From Candidatus Hodarchaeota archaeon (GTDB taxonomy: Archaea > Asgardarchaeota > Lokiarchaeia > Sigyniarchaeales > SOKP01), in contig JBHLJY010000004.1 of NCBI GenBank assembly GCA_048887225.1, positions 171,895 through 235,894 on the forward strand: 64,000 bases of DNA, given 5' to 3'. The notes under the pieces are model-generated. The model saw nothing but the letters and a program-made list of their open reading frames with translations, searched no databases and was not told the DNA's origin. This document shows, one piece after another, positions 30,957-41,725 of this stretch. Position numbers and translations under genes: made by a program. The first letter of the stretch is position 1. Every line of letters starts with the position of its first letter.

Positions 30957-31397
30957 TTACCTAGTTTTGAAGGCAATAATTGCTGAACCCTGAGTCGTAA
31001 TTATTTTATTTTTTAGTTCGCTAGTGACTTCTATCTCAACAAGATTCTCGCCATTTTCTTTGTATTTTTTTATTACTTTTCCTTTCATAAATATAGTACT
31101 TCCTTCTGGAGTGATCCCTGAAAATTTAACTTTAAAATTCTTAAGAACACCGCCCTTTGCCCAATCAGTTATATAAGAACCAATAATCGCCATCGAAAGC
31201 ATTCCATGAACTATACAACCTTCTAGACGAGCCATTTTAGCCATAGATTTGTCATAATGTATGGGGTTGTAATCGCCAGAAGCAGATGCATAATCAACTA
31301 ATTGTTGTCGCGTAATTGGACCTTTTTTAACTTCTGGCAATTCTATTCCTTCTGAAATATCATCAAAATATAATATATCATTTGCCATAATTATCAC
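30957..31397 (-). CDS. MaoC family dehydratase
   Basis: SGDYNPIH, IVHGML. Confidence 0.9.
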   Translation of the reverse strand: MIIMANDILYFDDISEGIELPEVKKGPITRQQLVDYASASGDYNPIHYDKSMAKMARLEGCIVHGMLSMAIIGSYITDWAKGGVLKNFKVKFSGITPEGSTIFMKGKVIKKYKENGENLVEIEVTSELKNKIITTQGSAIIAFKTR

Positions 31398-31401
31398 CTA
31401 T

Positions 31402-31851
31402 CTAGTGAAATACAATCCAAGTATGAATTTGATCAAATACATTCTCGTTAGTTTCATTATTTTTTGCCGTTGTAATTGATGTAACAATATCAAAAGGACC
31501 TCTTTTTCCTTTTTTTTCAACAATACTTTCTACTCTTGTTTGATAGATAATTGTGTCCCCTGCACAGCATTGAGAGTAGTATTTAAATTCTCTTCCGCCA
31601 TCTAATAGTTTTCTAAAATCTATTTTTAATTTCGTGAAAAATCTGGGATCTGAGAGAGCAACAGTAGTAAAAAATGTTGGCGGGACTAATAAATCTCTGT
31701 AGCCTTGTTTTTTAGCAAAATCTACATCATAATATAATGGATTAGTATCCCTAATTGCATTGGCAAACTGAGATACTTTCCAACGAGAAATTTTTTTTTC
31801 GGCGGATTTAAACTCGCGCCCGATATTTTTTCTATCAATCATAAATTTCAA
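31402..31851 (-). CDS. MaoC N-terminal / FAS1-like dehydratase partner
   Basis: FANAIRDTNPLY, VPPTF, GKRG. Confidence 0.85.
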   Translation of the reverse strand: MKFMIDRKNIGREFKSAEKKISRWKVSQFANAIRDTNPLYYDVDFAKKQGYRDLLVPPTFFTTVALSDPRFFTKLKIDFRKLLDGGREFKYYSQCCAGDTIIYQTRVESIVEKKGKRGPFDIVTSITTAKNNETNENVFDQIHTWIVFH

Positions 31852-31939
31852 AAAAATTATAAAAATTTATTAATCTAAATTATGATTGATTCTATTAAAA
31901 ATATCATTTTTGTTTGAAAATTCAAGGAATTGCTTATCT

Positions 31940-32467
31940 TCAAATTAATCCAGCTTTTTCCATCATTATCCGAGCAATTGTAACAAAGATATCTTCAACA
32001 TTCTCACCAGTTTTAGAAGAACATTCCAAATAATCATAAAACTGATATTTTGATGCCAATTCAACAGCATCTTCACGAGGTATAGCTCTTTTTTCGTGTA
32101 AATCAATCTTCCCTCCAACCATAATCATTGGAACTACATCTGTTTCTTGAAAACTCTTTTTGAATACTTCTAACCATTCCTCCACACTTTCAAGACTAGT
32201 ATAACGCGTAATATCGAACATAAAAATTGCCCCATGTGAACCCAAAGCATAATTGGGCAATAAAAATCTAAACCGATCTTCACCTGCGAAGTCCCATATT
32301 TGTAATGTGGCTTTTTTTCCTTCTATATCAACCGATTTTATGTGAAAATCCACACCAATAGTCAAAGAACCCTCAGTAAACACACCAGTAAGATAACGAT
32401 TTACTAATGAGGTTTTTCCTACTCCACCATTTCCAATGATCATTAGTTTAAACTTAGGTCCTATCAT
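31940..32467 (-). CDS. Rab-like small GTPase
   Basis: GNGGVGKT, TIGVDF, WDFAGEDRF, GKID, ECSSK. Confidence 0.92.
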   Translation of the reverse strand: MIGPKFKLMIIGNGGVGKTSLVNRYLTGVFTEGSLTIGVDFHIKSVDIEGKKATLQIWDFAGEDRFRFLLPNYALGSHGAIFMFDITRYTSLESVEEWLEVFKKSFQETDVVPMIMVGGKIDLHEKRAIPREDAVELASKYQFYDYLECSSKTGENVEDIFVTIARIMMEKAGLI

Positions 32468-32628
32468 GATTATTTACTTTATAGTTTCCCTTTAGAAATA
32501 TAGTAATAAAACTAATATATAATTTTAACATCAAAACATTAATAAGTTAGATCTTAGCTAGATCTTTAAAAATTTCTATTTAAAGAAATAAATAGATTAA
32601 GATCTTCAAGATTTAATTCCTATGATTA

Positions 32629-34341
32629 TTAAGTTGCTAATGATTTCTCTTGTTTTTCTAATTCCATTTCTCTCAATTTTTTTCGATATATTTTACCAAT
32701 AGTCGTTCGAGGTAATGATTTTATAAATTCTACTTGCCGTGGATATTTATATCCAGCTAATCGCTCTTTAGACCATTCAATGATATCGCGTTCAGTAATT
32801 TGTCCCTCTCGATATTCTTTCTTAAGAACTACAAAAGCCTTGATCGTTTCGCCAATGTTAGGATCTGGAACACCTACTACTCCTGCTTCTAAGATTGCGG
32901 GATGTTCAAATAGTTTTTCTTCAACTTCTCGAGGCATTACCTTATACCCCTTATATTTAATCATATCTTTAGTGCGACCCTCAATATAAAAATAACCATT
33001 ATCATCCATTCTACCTAGATCACCACTCCTTAACCACCCATTAACGATATCTCTTTTAGTAGCTTCTGGTCTTTTCCAATATCCTTTCATTATTTGAGGG
33101 CCTGTAATTAATATCTCTCCTATTTCACCAGTTTTGAGTTCCTCTAATGTGTCGGGATCTACAATTTTAACATCAGTATTAATTAATGGGATGCCAATAC
33201 TTTCTGGTTTAATTCCTTGCATCCACTCTCCAGCCATATGTGTGCCTGGTGATGCTTCAGTAAGACCATAACCTTGAAAAACCTTAGTTCCTACGATTTT
33301 TTCCCATCTTCTCGCTAATTCCGGAGCTAAAGCTGCTGAAGAAGAGCCTGCACTTTCGATGCTCGAAAGATCTCTTTCTTTAAAGTCAGGATGGTTGATT
33401 AACATTTGAAACATGACAGGTACACCAATATACATTTTAATTCGATAATATTCAATAGCTTCTAAAACTTCAGCTGGATCGAAAGAAGCAAACATCACAA
33501 GCATCCAGGCAGCATATAGCATAATTATTACTATTATGAATCCAAAAGAATGACATAATGGTAAGATGGATAAATTTACTTCTTTACCTAATGATGCTTC
33601 CAGCTCTTCAAAGGTTGAATCTCGAGAACAAATAAGTGCAAGTGCATTAGATACTAAGTTATTATGTGTTAACATTACTCCTTTAGGTAGACCAGTCGTG
33701 CCACCTGTAAACATTAGAGCGGCAATATCATTAAGCGGATCTAAATCCACATCTGGGGATTTCGCCACTTTATCATTAATGAATTCTTCAAGGGTAATTG
33801 TATCCTCTTTAGCCTCCTCTGCCGCAAGTAAAATCACATTTGGCACTTCAACTAGTTTTCTTGTTTTTTTTATTGTTCTATAGTTGGCTTTATGTACAAA
33901 TATTGCTTTAATATTGCCAGCTTCTCGAACTATGTGAGTAACATCTGATTGCCTAAGAAGTGGATTAATTGGCACTACCATAGCTCCAGTTTCTAAGATT
34001 CCCAAAACACAGAATATAAATTCAGGGCAATTTCCTGACATTATACCAACTCCATCCCCTTTACTAACACCTATTTCATACAGAGCATTTGAAATTTTGG
34101 ACGCAGTATATATTAACTCTCGATAAGTATATTTTTTATCTGTGGGTTTATGATAAACGCAAATATTATTAAGAAATTTTTTAGCATTTAACTTCATAAA
34201 TTCATGAACTGGTATGGGCTCGAAATATATTGTTTTTGGCATCTTAGATGTTCGATGTTTTGACCACAGTCTATTTGGATCAACATATGGAGATTCATTT
34301 TCATAATCATAAATTAGTTCCCAATCTGAATAATCTTTCAA
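32629..34341 (-). CDS. Long-chain fatty acid-CoA ligase (paralog 1)
   Basis: FTGGTTGLPKG, GYGLTE, SGD, GRTKDMI. Confidence 0.92.
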   Translation of the reverse strand: MKDYSDWELIYDYENESPYVDPNRLWSKHRTSKMPKTIYFEPIPVHEFMKLNAKKFLNNICVYHKPTDKKYTYRELIYTASKISNALYEIGVSKGDGVGIMSGNCPEFIFCVLGILETGAMVVPINPLLRQSDVTHIVREAGNIKAIFVHKANYRTIKKTRKLVEVPNVILLAAEEAKEDTITLEEFINDKVAKSPDVDLDPLNDIAALMFTGGTTGLPKGVMLTHNNLVSNALALICSRDSTFEELEASLGKEVNLSILPLCHSFGFIIVIIMLYAAWMLVMFASFDPAEVLEAIEYYRIKMYIGVPVMFQMLINHPDFKERDLSSIESAGSSSAALAPELARRWEKIVGTKVFQGYGLTEASPGTHMAGEWMQGIKPESIGIPLINTDVKIVDPDTLEELKTGEIGEILITGPQIMKGYWKRPEATKRDIVNGWLRSGDLGRMDDNGYFYIEGRTKDMIKYKGYKVMPREVEEKLFEHPAILEAGVVGVPDPNIGETIKAFVVLKKEYREGQITERDIIEWSKERLAGYKYPRQVEFIKSLPRTTIGKIYRKKLREMELEKQEKSLAT

Positions 34342-34544
34342 ATTATCGAATTCACCTTAAAAAAATTTGATTAAATAAAATTCGAATTAATTGTATAACT
34401 GCATTATTTTCATTTTTAAATATTATGGTCATATATCACAAAAAATAAGAGAATATTTATCCCCAGACAAAATTTATTAGAGGAAATTAGTAAATAAAAT
34501 TATATTAAATTCTTTTCTAACTATAAAGGTGCTAGTGGTCTCCG

Positions 34545-36236
34545 TTATTTTCTTACTTCCATTTCTCGTAACTTTCTCCGAAATATTTTACCGACAGCGG
34601 TTCGTGGTAGTGATCTTAAAATTTCCACTTGACGCGGGTATTTATATCCTGCTAATCTTTCTTTTGCCCATTCAATAATGTCTCGTTCTGTAATCCCTTT
34701 ATCTCTATATTCTTTCTTAAGAACTACAAATGCTTTGATTGTTTCACCTATATTTGGATCTGGGACACCTATTACACCTGCTTCTAAGATTGCGGGATGT
34801 TCAAACAATTTTTCTTCAACTTCTCGAGGCATTACCTTATACCCCTTATATTTAATCATATCCTTGGTTCTGCCCTCAATGTAAAAATACCCTTCCTCGT
34901 CCATTCTTGCTAAATCGCCTGTCCTTAACCAACCATTAACGATATCTTGTTTCGTAGCTTCTGGATTTTTCCAGTACCCTTTCATAATTTGAGGCCCTCT
35001 AATTAACAATTCACCGATTTCATTGGTTGGTAATTCCTCTAAAGTATCTGGACCTACGATAATAGCATCGGTATCGACAATAGGAACGCCTATACTCTCT
35101 GGTTTAATTTCTGGCATCCATGCCGCAGCCGTATGTGTGATTGGTGATGCTTCAGTGAGGCCAAATCCTTGACCAACATTAATTCCCACAACTTGTTCCC
35201 ATTTTTTGTTCAATTCTGGAGGTAAAGCTGCCGAGCCAGAAGCCGAGGACTCAATACTTGAAAGATCTCGTTCAGTAAAATCAGGACAATTGATTAACAT
35301 TTGATACATAACAGGCACACCAACGAATAATTGAATTCGATAATATTCAATAGCTTCCAAAATTTCAGCTGGATCGAAAGATGCAAACATCACGAGCATG
35401 GCGGCAGCAAACATTGCTATAATTACAACTGTGAATCCAAAAGTATGGCATAAGGGCAAAATAGATAAAGTTACAGCTGTCCCCCACAGCGCTTCCAACT
35501 CTTCACGCGGCTCGTCTGAGTTGAATATTAATGAAAGTGCATCAGATACTAAATTATTATGTGTTAGCATTACACCTTTCGGTAGCCCTGTCGTGCCACC
35601 TGTAAACAATAACGCAGCAATATCGTTAATTGGATCGATATCCACATCTGGTTGTTTAGCCGCTTTTCCATTTATGAATTCCTCTAGAGTAATTGCATCT
35701 TCTTTAGCCACATCTGAAGCAATTAAAATCACATGTTCTACCCCAACTTTTTTTCTTGTTTTCTTAATTGTTCTATAGTTTGCTTTATGGACGAAAATAG
35801 CATTAATATTACCAGCTTCTCGAACTATATGAGTTACATCTGATTCCTTAAGTAAAGGATTTATTGGTACCGTAGCAGCTCCAGTTTCTAGGATCCCTAA
35901 AACACAAAACAAAAATTCTGGACAGTTTGTCGACATTATCCCTACGGCGTCCCCTTTCGAAACCCCTAAATCGTTTAGAGCATTTGCTATTCTGTCAGCA
36001 AAATTCACTAATTCACGATAAGTATATTTTTTATCAGTTGGTTTATGGTAAACACAGACATTGTTTGGAAATTTGTTGGCTGATAATTTTATAAATTCAT
36101 GAACTGGTATCGGATCAAATCTTATCGTTTTTGGCACAGTAGGAGGGCGATGTTTTAACCAAGGTCTATTTGGATTCACATATGGTGAATCATTCTCGTA
36201 ATCTAGAATTGGTTCCCATTCTGAATAATCTTTTAT
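34545..36236 (-). CDS. Long-chain fatty acid-CoA ligase (paralog 2), probable ATA start
   Basis: Same AMP-binding motifs; ATA at 36236 aligns with the TTG start of paralog 1, and the track's GTG lies inside the GAGGTG SD. Confidence 0.9.
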   Translation of the reverse strand: MKDYSEWEPILDYENDSPYVNPNRPWLKHRPPTVPKTIRFDPIPVHEFIKLSANKFPNNVCVYHKPTDKKYTYRELVNFADRIANALNDLGVSKGDAVGIMSTNCPEFLFCVLGILETGAATVPINPLLKESDVTHIVREAGNINAIFVHKANYRTIKKTRKKVGVEHVILIASDVAKEDAITLEEFINGKAAKQPDVDIDPINDIAALLFTGGTTGLPKGVMLTHNNLVSDALSLIFNSDEPREELEALWGTAVTLSILPLCHTFGFTVVIIAMFAAAMLVMFASFDPAEILEAIEYYRIQLFVGVPVMYQMLINCPDFTERDLSSIESSASGSAALPPELNKKWEQVVGINVGQGFGLTEASPITHTAAAWMPEIKPESIGVPIVDTDAIIVGPDTLEELPTNEIGELLIRGPQIMKGYWKNPEATKQDIVNGWLRTGDLARMDEEGYFYIEGRTKDMIKYKGYKVMPREVEEKLFEHPAILEAGVIGVPDPNIGETIKAFVVLKKEYRDKGITERDIIEWAKERLAGYKYPRQVEILRSLPRTAVGKIFRRKLREMEVRK

Positions 36237-36497
36237 AAAAAACACCTCAAAAAGATCTGAATTATTTATACTAATATTTCGTTAATAGAAATGGATAAAG
36301 AATTGAATGATGAGTTACAAAAAAATATACTTAATTAAATTTTTTTTTTTCTTCTCCTTTATATTATTGCCAAATTTAAATTTCACAATTTTGTGGAAAG
36401 CTTTATATTAATCATTATCTTACTTTTCATTTGTAAATCTTTCTAAAAAAAAGATATCCAATATATTATATATCATAAATAAGAGATGAGAAATTAA

Positions 36498-36887
36498 ATG
36501 ACGGAAATCTCAAAGCAGATGAAAATAATAGTTATAATAAATATAATTGTTGGCATTATATATGGATGTTTGTATTTCGCAGTACCAGATGCTATTTCTA
36601 AATACTTAGACGCAACTTATTTTGACCCACACTTTATGCGACTAGCTGGTGGAACTATTTTAGTATTAACAGTTAGTATGATACTTGCTCTTATAAGAGG
36701 AGAATGGGAGAATGTAAAACCCGTGTTAGAGGTAGTTATATTATGGTTGATAATGACATTTATTGTAATCATAATAGCCTTAATTGCTTTGCCTCTTTCA
36801 GCAAGACAAATACCACAATATTGGTTTGATGCCATAATATGTCTCATACTAGCAGCAGCCGACGCCTATTTCTGCTATCGAGAATAA
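36498..36887 (+). CDS. Four-TM membrane protein
   Basis: Four hydrophobic segments. Confidence 0.7.
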   Translation: MTEISKQMKIIVIINIIVGIIYGCLYFAVPDAISKYLDATYFDPHFMRLAGGTILVLTVSMILALIRGEWENVKPVLEVVILWLIMTFIVIIIALIALPLSARQIPQYWFDAIICLILAAADAYFCYRE

Positions 36888-37014
36888 AAGTAAATGAAAT
36901 GTAGAAAAGAATGTAATTCAAAATAATTTTTTTTTCCACTTTCCTAATTTACAATACTATGTGAAATCGGGAGAAGAATAAAAATAAATAATCAACTTAT
37001 AATATAAATTAGAT

Positions 37015-37302
37015 ATGAACGATTTAAAAGAACTAATTTTAAAGGCATATAAGGCAATTTTCGAGGGAAAAAAAAGTGTATCCATCAATGACGTCGAATA
37101 TCCACTAAAAAAATTTTCAAGCGGATTGAGATATATAGATTTGCTTGGATATCGATTTATTGAACAGAATCCAAAAAAACAATCTCAATGGGCGAAAAAA
37201 GCACGGGAAGGACATAAAATCATATGGGGCTTTAAAGGAAGGCAATATATCGCTCAATTGTTCGACGGCGAATTTAAAGATTTAAGAAAAAAGAAGAGTT
37301 AA
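37015..37302 (+). CDS. Hypothetical protein
   Basis: 95-aa ORF with FIEQNP...WA motif. Confidence 0.7.
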   Translation: MNDLKELILKAYKAIFEGKKSVSINDVEYPLKKFSSGLRYIDLLGYRFIEQNPKKQSQWAKKAREGHKIIWGFKGRQYIAQLFDGEFKDLRKKKS

Positions 37303-37422
37303 TACTTAAAGAGATTAATTAGTATTTTCATACTAACTTATAATATATTCATACTAGATTTTTAAATGATATTAACTTAATAATTCTAGATTTCCTAAAA
37401 AAATTGAAGAAAAAGAGATATA

Positions 37423-38142
37423 ATGCATTTACCAGATGGTTTGTTAGACCCAATAACAACGGTAATGCTATGGGTTATTACGGTAGCGATACTGATATTT
37501 TGTTTCTCAAGTATTGTAGATGCTTTTAAAGAAGAGGATTCTGAGAAAATAGTACCCTACATAGGCGTGTTAGCGGCCACGATTTTTGCGTTTCAATTTG
37601 TCAATTATCCAATTCCAGGAGGTACATCAGGACATTTAGTCGGTGGAACCGTGGTTGGAGTAATTCTTGGGCCTTGGGCGGCGGTTATTGTTCTATTTAT
37701 GGTTTTAATAGTTCAGAGTTTATTTGGTGATGGAGGAATTACAGCTATAGGCGCAAATACTTTTAATATGGGAATAATTGGTGGAATTGTCGGATTTTAC
37801 ATTGTTAAAATGATTATTATGATATTAAACAAAACTAATCTTAGAAAGGAGACAAAATTAACAATAGCTACTGGGATTGGTTCTTACATTGCGATTATTT
37901 TGGCAGCATTAGCGTGTGCTATTGAAATTGGAATTGGAGGCGCTATACCGATGGAGATAATAATCCCTGCTATGATTTTCTGGCATATTTTTATAGGTAT
38001 CGGAGAAGGGATAATCTCAGCATTAATTGTGTGGTTTATATACAAAACAAAACCTGACTTAATCACAACAGAAGAAAAGTTGAAGCTCGATGATGAAGAA
38101 CATGTAGTTTTAACATCAGAAGAAGTTGTGGAGGTTACATAA
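37423..38142 (+). CDS. cbiM: ECF Co/Ni transporter substrate component CbiM/NikM
   Basis: MHLPDG N-terminus, GTSGHL, DGGITAIGAN. Confidence 0.92.
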   Translation: MHLPDGLLDPITTVMLWVITVAILIFCFSSIVDAFKEEDSEKIVPYIGVLAATIFAFQFVNYPIPGGTSGHLVGGTVVGVILGPWAAVIVLFMVLIVQSLFGDGGITAIGANTFNMGIIGGIVGFYIVKMIIMILNKTNLRKETKLTIATGIGSYIAIILAALACAIEIGIGGAIPMEIIIPAMIFWHIFIGIGEGIISALIVWFIYKTKPDLITTEEKLKLDDEEHVVLTSEEVVEVT

Positions 38143-38145
38143 GAG

Positions 38146-38454
38146 ATGAGTGGTATTGAAAAATATAAATGGCCAGTTCTTACAATTGTAATAATAATTG
38201 TTGCTTTAATGTTAATGATAGCAGTCGGATTTACAATTGGTATCTTAACTGAAGATCCAGATGGATTAGAGAGATCAATAATTGACGCTAGAGGTGAGGA
38301 TTGGCTTGAAAGTTTATCCTCTCCATGGGAGCCAATATTAGGATGGATTGGAAACGATTACATTATAGGAATTGTGGGTATTTTTATTACTGTTTTCTTA
38401 ATAATTGCTGTGTTTAAATTAGTCGTTAATCTAAAAAAGAAAAAGCAGCAGTAA
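38146..38454 (+). CDS. PDGLE-domain ECF component (NikN/CbiN-like)
   Basis: DPDGLE between two TM helices. Confidence 0.85.
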   Translation: MSGIEKYKWPVLTIVIIIVALMLMIAVGFTIGILTEDPDGLERSIIDARGEDWLESLSSPWEPILGWIGNDYIIGIVGIFITVFLIIAVFKLVVNLKKKKQQ

Positions 38455-38541
38455 TCTTTAATATCTCAAAAATTAACTAAATCATACTCGAGACAAATTT
38501 TAATAACCTAAATCAAAGACATCCAAAGGAGTAATAATAAT

Positions 38542-39339
38542 TTGGAAGCAATTTTACCATTTAGACACGAAAACGAGAAAACATTCTTGAATGAAGTTCA
38601 TCCTTTAGTTAGAATGATTTTACCCTTTATTTTTATAATTCCATTTCTCCTAATCGATAATGTTTACCAGATATATATATTTATCATAATTACATTTTTC
38701 TTCAGTCTGATCGTACATTTACCTCTTTTGAGAATTCTTTCAAGACTCAAAAATATTATTCCTTTTATATTTTTTATTACCATTTTTATACCTTTTTATG
38801 TAGGAGAAACTATAATTCTTAAAATTGAAATCGGAATTACTATTAATATTTATAAGGAAGGCTTAACTCGAGCACTTTTATTATTTATGAGAATTTTTGG
38901 AGCTACGTATATTTTCATGTCATTTTTCTCTTCTTTAACGTATTCAGAGTTTATTGAAGCTCTAACAATGATGAGACTTCCTTCATTTTTAGTTGGTAGT
39001 TTCATTATAATGCTTCATTATATTCCGATTATAGTTAGTTCAAATAAAAAAATACTGGAGGCTCAAGAACTCCGTGGAAAAAAAATTACAAATTATTGGG
39101 AAAAGTTAAAAGCTCATGGCTACGTAATGGGAAAGAGTCTTGTATCAAATATGGAACGTAGCGAAAAGCTGTACGAAAGTTTAAAAATGCGAGGATTTAC
39201 AGGTAAACTAACTCTTGCTCCGAGGAATATTAAAATAATTGATATAATGTTGTTAGTTCTCTTTCTCGTACTTACTATATATTTCATTTATTTTTTCAAT
39301 TTGGATATGTTTTATAAGGAGGTTTTAGCACAATTTTAG
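38542..39339 (+). CDS. cbiQ: ECF transporter T component CbiQ
   Basis: AQELRG and LKMRGF motifs. Confidence 0.88.
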   Translation: MEAILPFRHENEKTFLNEVHPLVRMILPFIFIIPFLLIDNVYQIYIFIIITFFFSLIVHLPLLRILSRLKNIIPFIFFITIFIPFYVGETIILKIEIGITINIYKEGLTRALLLFMRIFGATYIFMSFFSSLTYSEFIEALTMMRLPSFLVGSFIIMLHYIPIIVSSNKKILEAQELRGKKITNYWEKLKAHGYVMGKSLVSNMERSEKLYESLKMRGFTGKLTLAPRNIKIIDIMLLVLFLVLTIYFIYFFNLDMFYKEVLAQF

Positions 39340-40082
39340 CTGTAGAAGTTGAAGATTTGAATTTTAATTATAAAAATGGTTTTAGTATTCAGAATTTATC
39401 GTTAAAAATAGAAAAAAATTCAATTTATGCCTTAACGGGTAATAATGGTTCAGGTAAAACAACTTTATTGAGGTTGTTGGTTGGTTTATTAAAACCAAAA
39501 TCGGGAACAATCAAGATTTTTGATGAAGTTCTTACGAGAAATAAAATGCAACTATGGAAGATTAGGCAAAAAATTGGATTTTTATTTCAGAATCCAGATG
39601 ATCAATTATTTGCTCCAACTATAGAAGAAGATGTGGGTTTCGGAGCAAGGAATTTAAAACTAGAGCAAAGCGAAGTAAAAAAACGTGTAGAATGGGCTCT
39701 AAAAGCAGTTAATTTATTAGATTTTAAAGAATTTTCACCCTTTAATTTATCTTGGGGACAAAAAAAACGAGCTTCATTAGCCGGCTTATTAGTAATGAGA
39801 CCAAAACTTTTAATTTTAGATGAGCCATTTGCTAATCTTGATTTTAAATCAATTTACAGCCATCTTGGAATTTTTGAAAAATTAAGGAAAGAAGAGAGGA
39901 TGACAATTTTATTCACATCTCATAATTTATTTTTTGTGGAGAATTGGGCGGATAAGATGCTCGTATTAAATGGCGGTAAATCAATATTTGAAGGCAATCC
40001 GAAAAAAGGACTAGATCATCCCAAAGTTAAGAAAATAATGGGATCATACGACGAGATTAGTGAATTAATTAAAAAGAAATGA
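39333..40082 (+). CDS. cbiO: ECF transporter ATPase CbiO, probable ATT start
   Basis: GNNGSGKT, FQNPDDQLF, LSWGQKKR, LDEP; frame extends to ATT 39333 after AAGGAGG. Confidence 0.9.
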   Translation: MLAVEVEDLNFNYKNGFSIQNLSLKIEKNSIYALTGNNGSGKTTLLRLLVGLLKPKSGTIKIFDEVLTRNKMQLWKIRQKIGFLFQNPDDQLFAPTIEEDVGFGARNLKLEQSEVKKRVEWALKAVNLLDFKEFSPFNLSWGQKKRASLAGLLVMRPKLLILDEPFANLDFKSIYSHLGIFEKLRKEERMTILFTSHNLFFVENWADKMLVLNGGKSIFEGNPKKGLDHPKVKKIMGSYDEISELIKKK

Positions 40083-40168
40083 TTTCTATAATATGAAATC
40101 AACCTTTTTTCCATGATTAATAAATATACACCATCATTAAAATAAAAAAAATATTTTAATAATATAAA

Positions 40169-40624
40169 ATGCATCTCGTATTAACTTACTTTCACAACAT
40201 AAAAGGACCTGATATTTTAATGTCTTATCCAGACATAAAATTAGAACAAGATATAATTGAAAAATTGATGCGATTTTTTGATCTGGACATTAACGAGACT
40301 TTTTTTGAGATTATTTTGATAAACAAGCATAAAAGAATTATAAATTTATTTTTTGAACTTCCTTCTGAGTGGGCCCGTGGAAAAATACAACTTGCTATGC
40401 TTTCTTTGATAATGAAAGAAAAGTACGATAGTAGAATGATTTATACGTTCTTAATTGATGCTGTTCATAAAATTATCTCCACTGAAAATGTTTTTAAGGC
40501 TTTTTATAAACGCGATGACTTTCAAGATAATGATATTGGAATTGATTTAGGTTATGAAGCGATAAAAAAGATTTTATTTAATTGTTTAAGTAGTTTAATA
40601 AAGAGATTGAAATCTAAAACTTAA
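40169..40624 (+). CDS. Longin/uDENN-like domain protein
   Basis: LTYFHNIKGP...FELPSEWARG pattern typical of Lokiarchaeal longin-like proteins (from recall). Confidence 0.55.
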   Translation: MHLVLTYFHNIKGPDILMSYPDIKLEQDIIEKLMRFFDLDINETFFEIILINKHKRIINLFFELPSEWARGKIQLAMLSLIMKEKYDSRMIYTFLIDAVHKIISTENVFKAFYKRDDFQDNDIGIDLGYEAIKKILFNCLSSLIKRLKSKT

Positions 40625-40678
40625 AAATAAAAAAGGAATCTTTAAAATATTTTTTTCTATTATTATATTGGGAAAATA

Positions 40679-40912
40679 ATGACGGAACATCCGCGTTTTC
40701 GAGGGCACATATGAATATGGATGATTATGTGTGCAAAGAAATGCGAACATCCAGAATTTGATAATCAGTAATTACCTGCGAATAAAACGGGCTCTTTACT
40801 AAGCTATGATAAAGATCAATGCAATGAGGTTGAAGCCAGCACCCAGATCGCAGACATGATTATTTCCCAAAAAGGCATGAAATTAACGCCTAACACGAGA
40901 GAACTTTTTTAA
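40679..40912 (+). pseudogene. Possible decayed small gene
   Basis: Coding-like composition; frame from ATG 40679 has two internal stops (MTEHPRFRGHI*...CAKKCEHPEFDNQ*...). Confidence 0.3.
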
Positions 40913-41068
40913 TTTTACGGTATATCCTATAAAAATGAGAAAAAAGTGTTAGTGTGTTTCGGCTCCTTAGGCTACAATCATGCCTTACCCACTTAATACT
41001 GATTTTTTAATTTATTTATTTATATTTAAAAAAATAAATCAGTTGAAATCTAAAAATAAGTTTTAATA

Positions 41069-41539
41069 TTAAAATCCTAAAGAATTAGTGCTAAATAATT
41101 CTTTTAATTCTTCTTTTAATTCTTCTTTATCGCTGCTCTCTAAGTATCTACTTAAAATTTTTGCGATTCTTGGGGCCCATTTTTTCAAAAGAGCACGGAC
41201 AAACCCAACTTGAACATTAAAATCGGTTGCAAGAACCAAAGCACCATTATCAAGTTTAATTGAAAAAATCATGCCCTTTTTATATTCAGTAATTTGAAGA
41301 TTTATAGTTCCATAACCAAGGATTTCTCCTTGTTCTTCTCCAGCAGTAAAAACAGCACCGCCAATAGCACCAATTTTATCAACCGAAATGTGCTCGTTTT
41401 CGGTAAAAGTAAATTTAGATTGAGAGGCTATCGTTATCCCCGTATCATCAATTATTATGGCGTATTTTAATCCCGCCGTACTATTAATAATTGTAGTTAA
41501 TATCTGCTTTAACATTGTCTCATCATCAGAAGAACTCAA
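41069..41539 (-). CDS. Roadblock/LAMTOR2-like protein
   Basis: AIIIDDTGITIAS, IGAIGGAVF, VQVGFVR. Confidence 0.8.
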   Translation of the reverse strand: MSSSDDETMLKQILTTIINSTAGLKYAIIIDDTGITIASQSKFTFTENEHISVDKIGAIGGAVFTAGEEQGEILGYGTINLQITEYKKGMIFSIKLDNGALVLATDFNVQVGFVRALLKKWAPRIAKILSRYLESSDKEELKEELKELFSTNSLGF

Positions 41540-41725
41540 AATGATGCCACCCTTTTATTATGACTTAATTCAAGATATTTATTTAAAGTAAATTCTAAAC
41601 CTTTTCCCTGATATTTATCTAAATTCCTTGATTATATATAAAAAAATAATAATATTTATCATTTAAAAAATTAAGTCGCTTCTGAACTCATCGATTTTTT
41701 GTCATTTTTTTTCCAATACTACTTC

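Noticed and set aside
40945-41000. Hammerhead ribozyme on the minus strand (GUA...CUAAGGAG-CC-GAAAC)
   Set aside because: The core deviates from CUGANGA, overlaps stem I, and stem II is essentially absent.
40679-41005. RNase P or SRP RNA
   Set aside because: No GAGGAAAGUCC-type or SRP helix-8 motif on either strand.
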